Assembly (NCBI RefSeq): GCF_988243305.1
Contig: NZ_OZ547136.1
DNA: 64,000 bases
Strand: one strand, 5' to 3'
Made by a program: the position numbers and the translations under genes. Below are positions 10,555 through 23,345 of the stretch, one piece after another; within the stretch, counting starts at the first letter, position 1, and each line of letters starts with the position of its first letter. Under the pieces are notes generated by a model. The model was not told the DNA's origin and searched no databases. It saw only the letters and a list, made by a program, of their open reading frames with translations.

Positions 10555-11928
10555 ATGCCAAAAGTTCAGGCCGACGGCCTGCCATTGCCCCAGCGATACG
10601 GTGCGATATTAACCATTGTGATTGGTATTTCGATGGCTGTCCTTGACGGCGCAATCGCCAACGTCGCCCTGCCAACAATCGCCACGGACCTTCATGCCAC
10701 GCCAGCCAGTTCCATCTGGGTAGTGAACGCCTATCAAATCGCCATTGTCATCTCCCTGCTCTCGTTTTCGTTTCTGGGCGATATGTTTGGCTATCGACGT
10801 ATTTATAAATGCGGTCTGGTCGTTTTTCTGTTGTCTTCACTGTTCTGCGCCCTTTCTGATTCGCTGCAAATGCTCACCCTTGCGCGTGTCATACAAGGTT
10901 TCGGCGGTGCAGCGTTGATGAGCGTTAATACCGCACTTATCCGCCTGATCTATCCACAACGTTTTCTGGGTAGAGGGATGGGCATAAACTCGTTTATTGT
11001 TGCCGTCTCTTCTGCTGCCGGGCCGACAATTGCTGCAGCAATCCTCTCCATCGCATCCTGGAAATGGTTATTTTTAATCAACGTACCGTTGGGTATTATC
11101 GCCCTGCTTCTGGCGATGCGTTTTCTGCCACCCAATGGTTCTCGCGCCAGTAAACCCCGTTTCGACCTGCCCAGCGCCGTGATGAACGCGTTAACCTTCG
11201 GCCTGCTTATCACTGCGTTGAGTGGTTTCGCTCAGGGGCAATCGCTGACATTGATTGGTGCGGAACTGGTGGTAATGGTTGTCGTTGGTATTTTCTTTAT
11301 TCGCCGCCAGCTTTCTCTTCCCGTACCGCTGCTACCGGTGGATTTACTGCGTATCCCGCTGTTTTCACTTTCTATTTGCACATCTGTTTGCTCTTTCTGC
11401 GCACAAATGCTGGCAATGGTTTCCCTGCCCTTTTACCTGCAAACCGTGCTCGGGCGTAGTGAAGTCGATACAGGTTTACTTCTGACACCGTGGCCGTTAG
11501 CAACAATGGTGATGGCTCCGCTGGCAGGCTATTTGATTGAACGCGTACATGCAGGATTGCTGGGTGCTTTAGGGTTGTTCATCATGGCTGCGGGGCTTTT
11601 TTCCCTGGTTCTGCTGCCCGCGTCACCTGCGGATATCAATATTATCTGGCCGATGATCTTATGTGGCGCTGGATTTGGCTTATTCCAGTCACCCAATAAC
11701 CACACCATTATAACCTCCGCTCCGCGCGAACGTAGCGGTGGGGCCAGTGGCATGTTAGGGACGGCTCGTCTATTGGGTCAAAGTAGTGGCGCGGCGCTGG
11801 TGGCGCTGATGCTAAATCAGTTTGGTGATAATGGTACGCACGTCTCGCTGATGGCTGCGGCTATTCTGGCAGTAATTGCTGCCTGTGTCAGTGGTTTACG
11901 TATCACTCAGCCAAGAGCCAGGGCATAA
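10555..11928 (+). CDS. yebQ: MFS transporter YebQ
   Basis: Multi-pass membrane protein; start placed at internal ATG (MPKVQADGLPLPQRYGAI...), not at the track ORF start. Confidence 0.9.
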   Translation: MPKVQADGLPLPQRYGAILTIVIGISMAVLDGAIANVALPTIATDLHATPASSIWVVNAYQIAIVISLLSFSFLGDMFGYRRIYKCGLVVFLLSSLFCALSDSLQMLTLARVIQGFGGAALMSVNTALIRLIYPQRFLGRGMGINSFIVAVSSAAGPTIAAAILSIASWKWLFLINVPLGIIALLLAMRFLPPNGSRASKPRFDLPSAVMNALTFGLLITALSGFAQGQSLTLIGAELVVMVVVGIFFIRRQLSLPVPLLPVDLLRIPLFSLSICTSVCSFCAQMLAMVSLPFYLQTVLGRSEVDTGLLLTPWPLATMVMAPLAGYLIERVHAGLLGALGLFIMAAGLFSLVLLPASPADINIIWPMILCGAGFGLFQSPNNHTIITSAPRERSGGASGMLGTARLLGQSSGAALVALMLNQFGDNGTHVSLMAAAILAVIAACVSGLRITQPRARA

Positions 11929-11973
11929 AAAAAGCGCGTCGTTCAGGACGCGCTTTTTAGTATTTACTTCATA

Positions 11974-12855
11974 TTACTTCAGGTATTCACCCGTACGCAG
12001 AGCTTCAATACGTTTATCCAGCGGCGGGTGAGTCATGAACAACTCACTGAGCGATTTCGACTTACCGTTAATACAGAAAGCCATCATGCTGGTTGCTTCT
12101 TGCGGTTCATAGCTGGTTTTCAGGCGCTGCAGCGCGGCAATCATTTTCTCGCGACCAACCAGTTTTGCCGAACCGGCATCAGCGTGGAATTCACGATGAC
12201 GCGAGAACCACATGGTGATAATGCTCGCCAGAATACCAAACACCAGTTCCAGAACCGTTGCAACCGCAAAGTAGATCAGCGGGTTGCCGTTGCTCTCTTC
12301 ACCTTCATCACGATTTCCGCCCATAAAACCCGCGGCAAGCTGCGCCAGAATACGGGAAATAAAGATAACGAAGGTGTTCACCACGCCCTGAATCAGCGTC
12401 ATGGTGACCATATCACCATTGGCGATGTGGCTGATTTCGTGAGCAATTACCGCCTCGGCTTCATCCGGGCTCATGTTCTGCAGCAAACCGGTGCTGACAG
12501 CAACCAGAGAGGCATCACGGCGCGCACCGGTTGCAAAAGCGTTGATGTCCGGCGCATGGTAGATAGCCACTTGCGGCATAGCGATCCCCGCCTGACGAGC
12601 CTGGGTTGCTACAGTATTGACCAGCCAACGTTCCCTTTCATTACGCGGTTGCTCGATCACTTCCCCGCCAACAGATCGTAATGCCATCCATTTGGACATC
12701 AGAAGCGAAACGAAGGAACCACCAAAACCGAACAGCAAGGCCATGATCATCAGCCCCTGAACGCTGCTCGACTGTATCCCTGTCAGGCTCAGTACCAGCC
12801 CGAAAACGACCATTACGGCCAGGTTCGTTAGCAGGAAGAGCGCGATTCGCATCAT
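11974..12855 (-). CDS. htpX: Membrane zinc metalloprotease HtpX
   Basis: 293-aa ORF with HEISH zinc-binding motif and transmembrane segments. Confidence 0.96.
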
Positions 12856-13046
12856 AATTTTCTTTTTACCTCAGTTTAACAAAACGCAATATGCGATACC
12901 CACATCGTATGGGTTACGCGACTATTTTCAAGTCTGGATAGTGCGTAAGTCACCAGAAAGACACAACTTTACATTTTGTAGCATCTGATTTACGGCATCT
13001 TGCCGCTGTTAAAAAATCAGGCACAATTTCTTGTGCCTGATTGATA

Positions 13047-15095
13047 TTACTTGACGGGAGCGGGTTGTTCCGCGGGTCTGGCTTTTTCAAGCTTTGCCAG
13101 ATCGAGTGCGATATTCACCGTCTCATCCAGATAAGGATCCGGCTCCTGGTAATCTTTCGGTAGATCATCCAGTTTCTTCAACTCCGGTTTACCTTCGCGT
13201 TTAAAGCGTTCGTTCAAACGCGCCAGACGCGTCGCATCATCTTCATTATTCTCTTTCTCACGCACAGCGTAATTCAGAGAAACGATATTGCGCTTGTCCT
13301 TCATGGCGTTGAAGCGCGCGATATCCTTCATGATGTTCTGGAACTCTGGATCTTTCGCGATACGCGCATTATGTTCCTTCAGCAGCTCCGGTCCAAAGGC
13401 CGTCAAATCTCCCGATTTCACATAGGTCGCGGCATCGATGCTATCCCACGGCAGCGCGTTATCTTCGAATTTCTCACCCGTTTCCGTTTCTTCATTACCC
13501 GTCGGCATGATTATGTCTGGCGTTACGCCTTTACGTTGCGTACTGCCGCCGTTAACGCGATAGAATTTCTGGATCGTGTACTGCACAGAACCCAGCGCTG
13601 GCCATTCAGGACGTAACATCTGATCGTAAATACGGTTCAATGAACGGTATTGCTGAACGGTGCCTTTACCAAACGTCGGTTCACCCACAACCAGCGCACG
13701 ACCGTAATCCTGCATTGCCGCGGCAAAGATTTCTGAAGCCGAAGCACTGAAGCGGTCAACCAGCACCACCAGCGGGCCTTTATAGAAAACCTGCCCATCG
13801 GTATCGCTGTCTTCACGAACTTTACCGTTGTTATCACGGACCTGAACAATCGGACCGGATGGAATGAACAGACCGGAGAGCGATACCGCTTCGGTCAACG
13901 CCCCACCGCCATTGCTACGCAGGTCGATGATGACACTGCTGACATTCTGTTTTTCCAGTTTCTGCAACTGCACTTTGACATCGTCTGTCAAACCCACATA
14001 GAAGCCCGGAATATCCAGCACGCCGACTTTTTCTTTACCGACGGTCTTCACCGACATTTTAACCGCGCGGTCTTCGAGGCGAATACGTTCACGGGTCAAC
14101 GTTACAGTACGGGTCTTGGTCCCTTTACCAGCAGGTAAAATTTCCAGACGAACTTTACTGCCCTTCGGCCCTTTAATTAAGGCAACCACATCATCAAGAC
14201 GCCAGCCAATCACGTCAACCATCGGCTTGCCTGTTTGACCAACACCGACAATTTTGTCACCAACGCTGATAGCTTTACTCTTCGCTGCCGGGCCACCTGC
14301 CACCATCGAATTGATAACGGTGTAGTCATCATCCATTTGCAGCACTGCGCCAATACCTTCCAGCGACAAACTCATTTCAGTGTTGAACTGTTCGGTATTA
14401 CGCGGGGAAAGATAGTTGGTATGCGGGTCGATTTCACGCGCAAACGCCGTCATTGCCAGCGAGAAAACATCTTCGCTGTTGGTTTGCGCCAGACGACGAA
14501 TGGCAAATTTGTAGCGGCGAGTCAGGGTTTCACGAATTTCTTTATCCGTTTTTCCTGCCAGCTTCAGGCTTAACTCGTCGAATTTGACTTTACTGTCCCA
14601 CAGCGCGTTCAACTCAGCCTCGTTTTTCGGCCATGGCGCTTTGCTGCGGTCAAGGTTATAAGTGTCGTTGCCGGTAAAATCCATCGGCTTTTCCAGTACC
14701 GACAAAGCGTACTGGTAACGCTCAAAACGGCGCTTTTGCGCCAGATTGTAGAGATCGTAGAAAACGTCGAGTTTTCCTGAACGCAGTTCATCACCTAACT
14801 CGGTTTTCTTTTTCGCGAACTGTTCAACATCGCTTGCCAGCAGCACGTTGTGGCTGTAATCGAGCAGATTCAGGTAGCGGTCAAAGATTTTGGCCGAAAA
14901 TGCCTGATCGAGGTCGAACTGGCGATAATGAGAACGGGTGAAGCGCGACGTTACGCGCTCACTTACCGTCGCATGCTGCGTCTCTTCCTTTAATACCGGA
15001 ATTTGATCAGCACGCGTGATATCTTCTACAGCGAAGGTCTGGCCTGCTATTGCAAGCAGGCCAGCTAACGCGGTAAGCCTAAAAAACATGTTCAT
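13047..15095 (-). CDS. prc: Tail-specific periplasmic protease Prc (Tsp)
   Basis: Start placed at MNMFFRLTALAGLL... (signal peptide), giving 682 aa; the track ORF has a 16-aa upstream extension. Confidence 0.95.
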   Translation of the reverse strand: MNMFFRLTALAGLLAIAGQTFAVEDITRADQIPVLKEETQHATVSERVTSRFTRSHYRQFDLDQAFSAKIFDRYLNLLDYSHNVLLASDVEQFAKKKTELGDELRSGKLDVFYDLYNLAQKRRFERYQYALSVLEKPMDFTGNDTYNLDRSKAPWPKNEAELNALWDSKVKFDELSLKLAGKTDKEIRETLTRRYKFAIRRLAQTNSEDVFSLAMTAFAREIDPHTNYLSPRNTEQFNTEMSLSLEGIGAVLQMDDDYTVINSMVAGGPAAKSKAISVGDKIVGVGQTGKPMVDVIGWRLDDVVALIKGPKGSKVRLEILPAGKGTKTRTVTLTRERIRLEDRAVKMSVKTVGKEKVGVLDIPGFYVGLTDDVKVQLQKLEKQNVSSVIIDLRSNGGGALTEAVSLSGLFIPSGPIVQVRDNNGKVREDSDTDGQVFYKGPLVVLVDRFSASASEIFAAAMQDYGRALVVGEPTFGKGTVQQYRSLNRIYDQMLRPEWPALGSVQYTIQKFYRVNGGSTQRKGVTPDIIMPTGNEETETGEKFEDNALPWDSIDAATYVKSGDLTAFGPELLKEHNARIAKDPEFQNIMKDIARFNAMKDKRNIVSLNYAVREKENNEDDATRLARLNERFKREGKPELKKLDDLPKDYQEPDPYLDETVNIALDLAKLEKARPAEQPAPVK

Positions 15096-15114
15096 GCCTG
15101 GCCCGGCCTCCGTT

Positions 15115-15813
15115 TCAGAACACCAGGTGTTCTGCGCGCACAATCAAAGACATACCCGAATTCAGCTGGACGCGGACGCCGTCTTTGGTGATTTCTAATA
15201 CGGTGGCATCCATCGCGTTTTGACCCGCTTTCACCTTCAGGGCTTGTCCGACAGTCAGAGCTGAAATGTCAGAAACCGGGGTGTGCTGTTCTTCGCGAGG
15301 TGCTTTTACTGTTTTTGGCGCTTTCTCTACCGGCTTTTGCGCACGAGGTTTACGTTCAGCGCCTTCTTTGCGGCGTGGCGTGGTCGGACGTGGCTTGCGT
15401 TCGCGTCGCGGTGCGTCTTCTTTCTCACCAGCAGCTGCGGCAGCTTCGCGTTTTTTCGCTTGCTGTTCAGCACGCTGTGCCTGAACACGCGCTTTCGCTT
15501 CTTCAAGCTGCTTGCGAGCATGCTCTACATGTTGCTCGTCCAGCTCACCGCATGGGTTGCCGTCAAGATCGACACGCGTTGCGCCGGGTTTAACACCGTA
15601 AAGATAACGCCAGCTCGAAGTGTAGAGACGTAAAGCGGATCGTAATTGCGTTTTGCTCAGGTTCATTTCCCCGGCAACACGATCGACCAAATCCTGAAAA
15701 ATACCGATTTTCAGCGGACGCGCTTCACCTTCCGCACTGAAACAGTGGGGAAAACGTTCGGCCAGAAACGCGATTACTTCTTTACTGCTATTCAACTTAG
15801 GTTGATTTTCCAT
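15115..15813 (-). CDS. proQ: RNA chaperone ProQ
   Basis: 232-aa ORF with FinO-like N-domain and basic Lys/Arg/Ala-rich linker; directly upstream of prc. Confidence 0.96.
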
Positions 15814-15909
15814 GAAATTTCCTGATTACAACGGACGTAGCCAACAAGCGCAGGCATGAACAGGCGTCATTATAATGACGCTATCAGTAAATGCTACGTT
15901 ATCCGTTGA

Positions 15910-16407
15910 TTATCCTGCGACGCTCGCAAAGAATTTTTTGTAATCCGTCGTTGCAAGCACCTTTTCAAGCTGTGCCACAAGCTGACGTAAGCCTTGCTCG
16001 TCCTCGTCTGTAAAGCGACCGAAGACGGTACTATCGATGTCGAGAACACCAATAATCTGATTTTTCACCACCAGCGGCAGAACAATTTCAGAATTACTCG
16101 TCGCATCACAGGCAATATGCCCGTCAAACGCATGAACATCCTCGATACGCTGCACTTGATTGCGGGCAACCGCAGTGCCGCACACGCCGCGCCCGACGGG
16201 TATCCGGACACAGGCAATTTTGCCCTGAAATGGTCCGAGCACCAGTGTATCGTCCTCAAGCAAATAAAAACCTGCCCAGTTTACGTCAGTGAGACGCTCA
16301 TATAACAACGCACTGGTGTTCGCAAGCGTTGCCAGAAAACTGGTTTCTCCTGCCATCAGCGCGTTAAAGTCGCGATTTAAATCCGCGTAAAATTCTGTTT
16401 TGTTCAT
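15910..16407 (-). CDS. msrC: Free methionine-(R)-sulfoxide reductase (GAF domain)
   Basis: Start at MNKTEFYADL..., giving 165 aa; the track ORF has an 18-aa upstream extension. Confidence 0.9.
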   Translation of the reverse strand: MNKTEFYADLNRDFNALMAGETSFLATLANTSALLYERLTDVNWAGFYLLEDDTLVLGPFQGKIACVRIPVGRGVCGTAVARNQVQRIEDVHAFDGHIACDATSNSEIVLPLVVKNQIIGVLDIDSTVFGRFTDEDEQGLRQLVAQLEKVLATTDYKKFFASVAG

Positions 16408-16536
16408 TATATAATCACTTGGTTGTCTTACCAGGAACTGCCAGCCTATTAAAATAAGCATTAAATGCGTTAATGCTCAAGATCATTCCCATCATGGGTT
16501 AAGATTAATGTTAATTCTTATTACATTTGGCACGTC

Positions 16537-17820
16537 ATGGCTCTTAACACACCACAAATTACGCCGACAAAAAAGATAACAGTGAGGGCTATCGGTGAGG
16601 AACTGCCGCGTGGTGATTACCAACGTTGCCCGCAATGTGACATGCTGTTTAGCCTGCCCGAGATAAATTCTCATCAAAGTGCCTATTGTCCGCGCTGTCA
16701 GGCAAAAATTCGTGACGGGCGCGACTGGTCGCTAACGCGCCTGGCGGCAATGGCCTTCACCATGCTGTTGCTTATGCCGTTTGCCTGGGGCGAACCGCTG
16801 TTGCATATCTGGCTGTTAGGCATTCGTATTGACGCCAACGTTATGCAAGGCATCTGGCAAATGACCAAACAGGGCGATGCGATAACGGGGTCGATGGTCT
16901 TTTTCTGCGTTATCGGTGCCCCCCTCATTCTGGTGACCTCCATAGCTTATTTATGGTTTGGTAACCGACTGGGAATGAATTTACGTCCGGTACTGCTGAT
17001 GTTTGAGCGACTTAAAGAGTGGGTAATGCTGGATATCTACCTGGTCGGCATTGGCGTTGCTTCTATAAAGGTACAGGATTATGCCCATATCCAGGCGGGT
17101 GTCGGCTTGTTCTCTTTTGTGGCGTTGGTGATTTTAACGACGGTGACGTTGTCACATCTCAATGTCGAAGAACTGTGGGAGCGATTTTATCCACAGCGCC
17201 CCGCTACGCGTAGAGACGAGAAACTCCGTGTCTGTCTTGGGTGCCATTTTACCGGCTATCCTGATCAGCGTGGTCGCTGCCCGCGTTGCCATATCCCGCT
17301 ACGCCTGCGTCGCCGTCATAGTCTGCAAAAATGCTGGGCGGCGCTGTTAGCGTCAATCGTTTTGTTGTTACCTGCCAACCTGTTGCCTATTTCTATCATT
17401 TATCTGAATGGTGGCCGGCAGGAAGATACAATTCTTTCCGGGATTATGTCGCTGGCAAGTAGCAACATTGCGGTCGCCGGAATCGTGTTTATCGCCAGTA
17501 TTCTGGTACCGTTTACTAAAGTGATCGTCATGTTCACTTTACTGTTGAGTATTCATTTTAAATGCCAGCAAGGTTTACGCACACGCATTCTGTTACTGCG
17601 GATGGTGACCTGGATTGGTCGCTGGTCGATGCTCGACCTGTTTGTCATATCTTTAACCATGTCGCTGATTAATCGCGATCAGATCCTCGCTTTTACTATG
17701 GGACCGGCTGCGTTTTATTTCGGCGCAGCGGTAATTTTGACTATTCTTGCTGTGGAATGGCTGGACAGCCGCTTACTTTGGGATGCACATGAGTCAGGAA
17801 ACGCCCGCTTCGACGACTGA
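16537..17820 (+). CDS. letA: PqiA-family inner membrane protein LetA (YebS)
   Basis: 427-aa ORF with two CxxC zinc-ribbon motifs and paired transmembrane modules. Confidence 0.93.
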   Translation: MALNTPQITPTKKITVRAIGEELPRGDYQRCPQCDMLFSLPEINSHQSAYCPRCQAKIRDGRDWSLTRLAAMAFTMLLLMPFAWGEPLLHIWLLGIRIDANVMQGIWQMTKQGDAITGSMVFFCVIGAPLILVTSIAYLWFGNRLGMNLRPVLLMFERLKEWVMLDIYLVGIGVASIKVQDYAHIQAGVGLFSFVALVILTTVTLSHLNVEELWERFYPQRPATRRDEKLRVCLGCHFTGYPDQRGRCPRCHIPLRLRRRHSLQKCWAALLASIVLLLPANLLPISIIYLNGGRQEDTILSGIMSLASSNIAVAGIVFIASILVPFTKVIVMFTLLLSIHFKCQQGLRTRILLLRMVTWIGRWSMLDLFVISLTMSLINRDQILAFTMGPAAFYFGAAVILTILAVEWLDSRLLWDAHESGNARFDD

Positions 17821-20422
17821 AGCGCAGATTAAAAATAAACGCCGTATCTCACCTTTCTGGCTGCTGCCATTCATCGCGCTAATGATTGCCGGTTGGCTGA
17901 TTTGGGATAGTTATCAGGACCGGGGTAATACCGTCACCATCGACTTTATGTCGGCGGATGGTATTGTTCCAGGCCGTACGCCTGTTCGTTATCAGGGCGT
18001 TGAAGTCGGAACTGTGCAGGATATCAGCCTGAGCGACGATCTTCGTAAGATTGAAGTCAAGGTCAGCATCAAGTCCGATATGAAAGATGCGCTGCGCGAA
18101 GAGACACAGTTCTGGCTGGTGACGCCAAAGGCCTCGCTGGCAGGTGTCTCCGGGCTGGACGCCCTCGTCGGTGGTAACTATATCGGCATGATGCCAGGTA
18201 AAGGTAAAGAGCAGGATCACTTTGTCGCACTCGATACCCAACCGAAATATCGGCTGGACAATGGCGATCTGATGATCCACCTGCAAGCCCCCGATCTCGG
18301 TTCGCTGAACAGCGGTTCATTGGTCTATTTCCGCAAGATCCCGGTCGGAAAAGTCTACGACTATGCCATCAATCCCAACAAGCAAGGCGTGGTGATTGAT
18401 GTCCTGATCGAGCGGCGTTTTACCGATCTGGTGAAAAAAGGTAGCCGTTTCTGGAACGTTTCCGGCGTTGATGCCAACGTCAGTATCAGTGGCGCGAAGG
18501 TGAAACTGGAAAGCCTGGCGGCACTGGTTAACGGTGCGATTGCCTTCGATTCACCTGAAGAGTCGAAACCTGCCGAGGCGGAAGATACCTTTGGTCTGTA
18601 TGAAGACCTGGCCCATAGCCAGCGTGGCGTAATAATCAAACTGGAACTGCCGAGTGGGGCCGGATTAACCGCCGACTCGACGCCGTTAATGTATCAGGGG
18701 CTGGAAGTCGGACAGCTGACTAAACTGGATTTAAATCCTGGTGGTAAAGTCACTGGGGAAATGACCGTTGATCCCAGCGTCGTCACCCTGCTTCGTGAAA
18801 ATACCCGCATCGAATTACGTAATCCGAAATTATCCCTTAGCGATGCCAATCTCAGCGCCCTGCTGACCGGCAAAACCTTCGAGTTGGTGCCCGGCGATGG
18901 CGAGCCACGCAAAGAGTTCGTTGTTGTGCCAGGCGAAAAAGCCCTACTGCAAGAGCCGGATGTTCTGACACTGACCCTGACCGCGCCGGAAAGTTACGGT
19001 ATTGATGCTGGTCAGCCGCTCATTCTTCACGGCGTGCAGGTAGGCCAGGTTATTGATCGTAAACTCACCAGCAAAGGCGTCACCTTTACCGTCGCCATCG
19101 AGCCTCAGCATCGCGAACTGGTAAAAGGCGATAGCAAATTTGTCGTCAACAGCCGTGTCGACGTGAAGGTGGGGCTGGATGGCGTTGAGTTTCTCGGTGC
19201 CAGCGCCTCAGAATGGATTAACGGCGGGATACGTATTCTGCCAGGCGATAAAGGCGAGATGAAAGCCAGCTATCCACTGTATGCCAATCTGGAAAAAGCG
19301 CTGGAGAACAGCCTTAGCGATTTACCCACCACAACCGTGAGTTTGAGTGCAGAGACGCTGCCGGATGTGCAGGCAGGATCGGTAGTGCTGTACCGTAAAT
19401 TTGAAGTTGGTGAAGTTATTACCGTGCGTCCGCGAGCTAACGCGTTTGATATCGATCTGCATATTAAGCCGGAGTATCGCAACCTTCTGACCAGCAACAG
19501 CGTGTTCTGGGCAGAAGGTGGGGCGAAAGTTCAGCTGAATGGTAGTGGTCTGACTGTACAGGCATCCCCGCTCTCCAGAGCATTAAAGGGGGCTATTAGC
19601 TTCGATAACCTCAGCGGTGCCAGCGCCAGTCAGCGTAAAGGCGACAAGCGTATTCTGTATGCTTCCGAAACAGCAGCCCGTGCGGTTGGCGGGCAGATTA
19701 CGCTTCACGCTTTCGATGCCGGAAAACTGGCGGTCGGGATGCCAATTCGCTATCTCGGTATTGATATCGGGCAAATCCAGACGCTGGATCTGATTACCGC
19801 GCGCAATGAAGTACAGGCAAAGGCGGTGCTCTATCCGGAATATGTCCAGACCTTTGCTCGCGGTGGTACGCGCTTCTCAGTTGTCACACCGCAAATTTCG
19901 GCAGCTGGCGTTGAGCATCTTGATACTATCCTCCAGCCGTATATCAACGTCGAACCAGGACGGGGCAACCCTCGCCGCGACTTTGAATTACAAGAGGCCA
20001 CCATAACTGATTCGCGTTACCTGGATGGCTTAAGCATTATTGTTGAAGCGCCGGAAGCCGGTTCGTTAGGCATCGGTACGCCTGTGCTATTCCGTGGTCT
20101 GGAAGTCGGTACGGTTACCGGAATGACGCTGGGGACATTGTCAGATCGCGTGATGATTGCGATGCGCATCAGTAAACGCTATCAACACCTGGTGCGTAAC
20201 AATTCCGTCTTCTGGTTGGCATCGGGTTACAGTCTGGACTTTGGTCTGACGGGCGGCGTCGTGAAAACCGGCACCTTTAACCAGTTTATCCGTGGCGGCA
20301 TCGCCTTCGCTACGCCTCCGGGTACGCCGCTGGCACCGAAAGCCCAGGAAGGCAAGCACTTCCTGTTGCAGGAAAGTGAACCGAAAGAGTGGCGTGAATG
20401 GGGAACTGCGCTTCCCAAATAA
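17789..20422 (+). CDS. letB: Multi-MCE-domain lipophilic envelope-spanning tunnel protein LetB (YebT)
   Basis: Start at [28 protein letters not shown]..., giving 877 aa; overlaps the letA 3' end. Confidence 0.93.
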   Translation: MSQETPASTTEAQIKNKRRISPFWLLPFIALMIAGWLIWDSYQDRGNTVTIDFMSADGIVPGRTPVRYQGVEVGTVQDISLSDDLRKIEVKVSIKSDMKDALREETQFWLVTPKASLAGVSGLDALVGGNYIGMMPGKGKEQDHFVALDTQPKYRLDNGDLMIHLQAPDLGSLNSGSLVYFRKIPVGKVYDYAINPNKQGVVIDVLIERRFTDLVKKGSRFWNVSGVDANVSISGAKVKLESLAALVNGAIAFDSPEESKPAEAEDTFGLYEDLAHSQRGVIIKLELPSGAGLTADSTPLMYQGLEVGQLTKLDLNPGGKVTGEMTVDPSVVTLLRENTRIELRNPKLSLSDANLSALLTGKTFELVPGDGEPRKEFVVVPGEKALLQEPDVLTLTLTAPESYGIDAGQPLILHGVQVGQVIDRKLTSKGVTFTVAIEPQHRELVKGDSKFVVNSRVDVKVGLDGVEFLGASASEWINGGIRILPGDKGEMKASYPLYANLEKALENSLSDLPTTTVSLSAETLPDVQAGSVVLYRKFEVGEVITVRPRANAFDIDLHIKPEYRNLLTSNSVFWAEGGAKVQLNGSGLTVQASPLSRALKGAISFDNLSGASASQRKGDKRILYASETAARAVGGQITLHAFDAGKLAVGMPIRYLGIDIGQIQTLDLITARNEVQAKAVLYPEYVQTFARGGTRFSVVTPQISAAGVEHLDTILQPYINVEPGRGNPRRDFELQEATITDSRYLDGLSIIVEAPEAGSLGIGTPVLFRGLEVGTVTGMTLGTLSDRVMIAMRISKRYQHLVRNNSVFWLASGYSLDFGLTGGVVKTGTFNQFIRGGIAFATPPGTPLAPKAQEGKHFLLQESEPKEWREWGTALPK

Positions 20423-20501
20423 TGCCCACTGCTCCGGCGTGCCTGCGCCGGAGCGTTTATGCTAAACTGCGCGCCTGTTTTTTTGCCAGTGGTACATGCT
20501 C

Positions 20502-21941
20502 GTGGCCCAACACACCGTTTATTTCCCGGACGCCTTTCTGACACAAATGCGCGAAGCTATGCCTTCGACGCTCTCATTTGATGATTTTCTTGCCGCCTGT
20601 CAGCGCCCGTTGCGCCGCAGCATTCGCGTTAATACGCTGAAAATCTCTGTTGCTGATTTCCTGCAATTAACCGCTTCTTATGGCTGGACGCTTACGCCAA
20701 TTCCGTGGTGTGAAGAAGGTTTCTGGATTGAACGCGACGATGAAGATGCATTGCCGTTGGGTAGTACCGCCGAGCATTTAAGTGGCCTGTTTTATATTCA
20801 GGAAGCCAGTTCAATGTTGCCCGTCGCCGCCTTGTTTGCTGACGGTAATGCACCACAGCGGGTGATGGATGTCGCTGCCGCGCCCGGCTCCAAAACGACG
20901 CAAATTGCCGCGCGGATGAATAACGAAGGGGCGATCCTTGCCAATGAGTTTTCCGCCAGTCGGGTAAAAGTGTTACATGCCAATATCAGCCGCTGTGGCA
21001 TCCGTAATGTTGCGCTCACACATTTTGATGGCCGCGTGTTTGGTGCGGCGTTGCCAGAAATGTTCGATGCCATTTTGCTGGACGCTCCCTGCTCCGGCGA
21101 AGGCGTGGTGCGTAAAGATCCCGATGCGCTAAAAAACTGGTCACCAGAAAGCAATCAGGAAATCGCAGCTACCCAACGGGAACTGATCGACAGCGCCTTT
21201 CATGCATTATGCCCTGGCGGTACGCTGGTTTACTCGACCTGTACCTTAAACCAGGAAGAAAACGAAGCCGTTTGCCGGTGGCTGAAAGAGACTTACCCCG
21301 ACGCAGTAGAGTTTTTACCGCTTGGCGATCTCTTCCCTGGTGCAAACAAGGCGCTGACCGAGGAAGGCTTTTTGCATGTTTTCCCACAAATTTACGACTG
21401 CGAAGGCTTCTTCGTTGCTCGTCTGCGTAAAACTCAGGCGATTCCCGCCTTACCCGCCCCAAAATACAAAGTGGGCAATTTCCCGTTCAGCCCGGTGAAA
21501 GATCGCGAAGCTGGACAAATTCGTCAGGCGGCTTCAAGTGTTGGCTTAAACTGGGATGAAAACCTGCGACTCTGGCAACGCGACAAAGAACTGTGGTTGT
21601 TCCCGGTGGGCATTGAAGCCCTGATCGGTAAAGTCCGATTTTCTCGCCTGGGGATTAAACTTGCCGAAACGCACAACAAAGGTTATCGCTGGCAGCATGA
21701 AGCGGTTATTGCCCTTGCCTCCCCCGACAATGTGAACGCTTTTGAACTGACACCGCAGGAAGCGGAAGAGTGGTATCGCGGGCGCGATGTTTACCCGCAA
21801 GCCGCGCCAGTAGCGGATGATGTATTGGTTACTTTCCAGCATCAGCCGATTGGTTTAGCCAAACGAATTGGTTCGCGACTGAAAAACAGCTACCCGCGTG
21901 AATTGGTGCGAGACGGGAAACTTTTTACCGGTAACGCCTGA
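20502..21941 (+). CDS. rsmF: 16S rRNA m5C1407 methyltransferase RsmF
   Basis: Sun/NOL1-type RNA m5C methyltransferase; probable GTG start giving MAQHTVYF... (479 aa); start choice uncertain by 2 codons. Confidence 0.9.
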   Translation: MAQHTVYFPDAFLTQMREAMPSTLSFDDFLAACQRPLRRSIRVNTLKISVADFLQLTASYGWTLTPIPWCEEGFWIERDDEDALPLGSTAEHLSGLFYIQEASSMLPVAALFADGNAPQRVMDVAAAPGSKTTQIAARMNNEGAILANEFSASRVKVLHANISRCGIRNVALTHFDGRVFGAALPEMFDAILLDAPCSGEGVVRKDPDALKNWSPESNQEIAATQRELIDSAFHALCPGGTLVYSTCTLNQEENEAVCRWLKETYPDAVEFLPLGDLFPGANKALTEEGFLHVFPQIYDCEGFFVARLRKTQAIPALPAPKYKVGNFPFSPVKDREAGQIRQAASSVGLNWDENLRLWQRDKELWLFPVGIEALIGKVRFSRLGIKLAETHNKGYRWQHEAVIALASPDNVNAFELTPQEAEEWYRGRDVYPQAAPVADDVLVTFQHQPIGLAKRIGSRLKNSYPRELVRDGKLFTGNA

Positions 21942-22058
21942 CAGCGCACAAAAAAAGCGCACTTTTTGACTGGCACATTCGGCTGCCTCAACTAGGCTGA
22001 AAAATGGTGCGATCGGACTGGTCGTACCACAACCGGCAGCTAAATGGAGAGCACGAAG

Positions 22059-22295
22059 ATGAAAACCAGTGTGCGCATAGGCGCTTTTGAAATCGACGAC
22101 GGCGAATTACACGGCGAATCGCCGGGTGATCGAACGTTAACCATTCCTTGTAAATCAGACCCCGATTTATGTATGCAACTGGATGCCTGGGATGCTGAAA
22201 CCAGTATTCCTGCCCTGCTAAATGGCGAACACTCTGTCCTTTACCGTACCCGTTACGATCAACAATCTGATGCCTGGATTATGCGTCTTGCCTAA
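22059..22295 (+). CDS. yebV: Small protein YebV
   Basis: Start at MKTSVRIGAFEIDD... (78 aa); synteny. Confidence 0.85.
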   Translation: MKTSVRIGAFEIDDGELHGESPGDRTLTIPCKSDPDLCMQLDAWDAETSIPALLNGEHSVLYRTRYDQQSDAWIMRLA

Positions 22296-22399
22296 TCCAA
22301 AAAGAACCCGTCGGCATGGCGGGTTATTTGTCCTGGTTATTCCCCCGTTGTAAAATCTCTCCTAAACTTAACGGTACGGCACCACACTTCGGGGATGAA

Positions 22400-22591
22400 A
22401 TGTTCGCGCTGGTACTTTTTGTTTGCTACCTGGATGGCGGTTGTGAAGATATTGTTGTGGATGTCTACAACACGGAACAGCAGTGTCTTTATTCTATGAG
22501 CGATCAACGGATCCGCCATGGCGGTTGTTTTCCGATTGAGGATTTTATAGATGGTTTCTGGCGACCTGCACAGGAGTACGGTGATTTTTAA
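22400..22591 (+). CDS. yebW: Small protein YebW
   Basis: Start at MFALVLFVCYLDGGCEDIVV... (63 aa); synteny. Confidence 0.8.
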   Translation: MFALVLFVCYLDGGCEDIVVDVYNTEQQCLYSMSDQRIRHGGCFPIEDFIDGFWRPAQEYGDF

Positions 22592-23248
22592 TTATTGCAA
22601 TTGCACAACAGTCAGTTCGCCCCCAAAGACAGCACCTGTATCAATATAATGCAGGTTGCCAATATCCACGCGATGGCGCAACGGTGTATGACCAAACCAG
22701 AAATGATCAGCACCTGTAATTCCCTGCCCTTTTTGGCGTTCACTTAATCGCGAGCGGCTCCACAAGACCTGATGCAAATCGACGTCCTTTTGCCATTCAT
22801 AAACATCATCCGGATAATCGGCATGGGCAATAACATGTTTGCCGGTGCGACTGTGTACTTCAAGAATAAAGGGCAAATACTGACATTTTTCCAGCGCCGT
22901 TTTCGCTTGTTTCTGTTGATTATCTGCCAGCGCAATAAACCAGTCGCCGCCATTCATCAACCACAAAGACATCTGCTGGGATGCCAGCGCATCCATCGCC
23001 ATCTGTTCATGATTGCCTCTTACCGCACGAACCCAATGTTGTTCCAGTAACTGCAGGCAACGTAAACTTTGCGGCCCACGATCGATAACGTCTCCCACTG
23101 AGATAAGTAAATCTCGCCACGGATCAAAACGACAATGCCATAATTTGCAGCGCAACTGCTCAAGACAACCGTGTATATCGCCTGAAAGCCAGATATGTCG
23201 CCATTGATGACCCGCAATTCTCTGATAAACGGGCGCAGGCTGTTTCAT
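22592..23248 (-). CDS. pphA: Serine/threonine protein phosphatase 1
   Basis: Calcineurin-like phosphoesterase motifs (GDIHG, GDVIDRG, GNHE); 218 aa from the second Met. Confidence 0.93.
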   Translation of the reverse strand: MKQPAPVYQRIAGHQWRHIWLSGDIHGCLEQLRCKLWHCRFDPWRDLLISVGDVIDRGPQSLRCLQLLEQHWVRAVRGNHEQMAMDALASQQMSLWLMNGGDWFIALADNQQKQAKTALEKCQYLPFILEVHSRTGKHVIAHADYPDDVYEWQKDVDLHQVLWSRSRLSERQKGQGITGADHFWFGHTPLRHRVDIGNLHYIDTGAVFGGELTVVQLQ

Positions 23249-23345
23249 CAATATTTTCCTCCCGCGCTAAAGATCACATAATCTTAACAAGAATGTTAAA
23301 AAACGCTGGACTCAGACAGTAGAGTGTGTGTTATGGTTGACTATA

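Noticed and set aside
12028-12681. 217-aa ORF on the plus strand
   Set aside because: Antisense to htpX.
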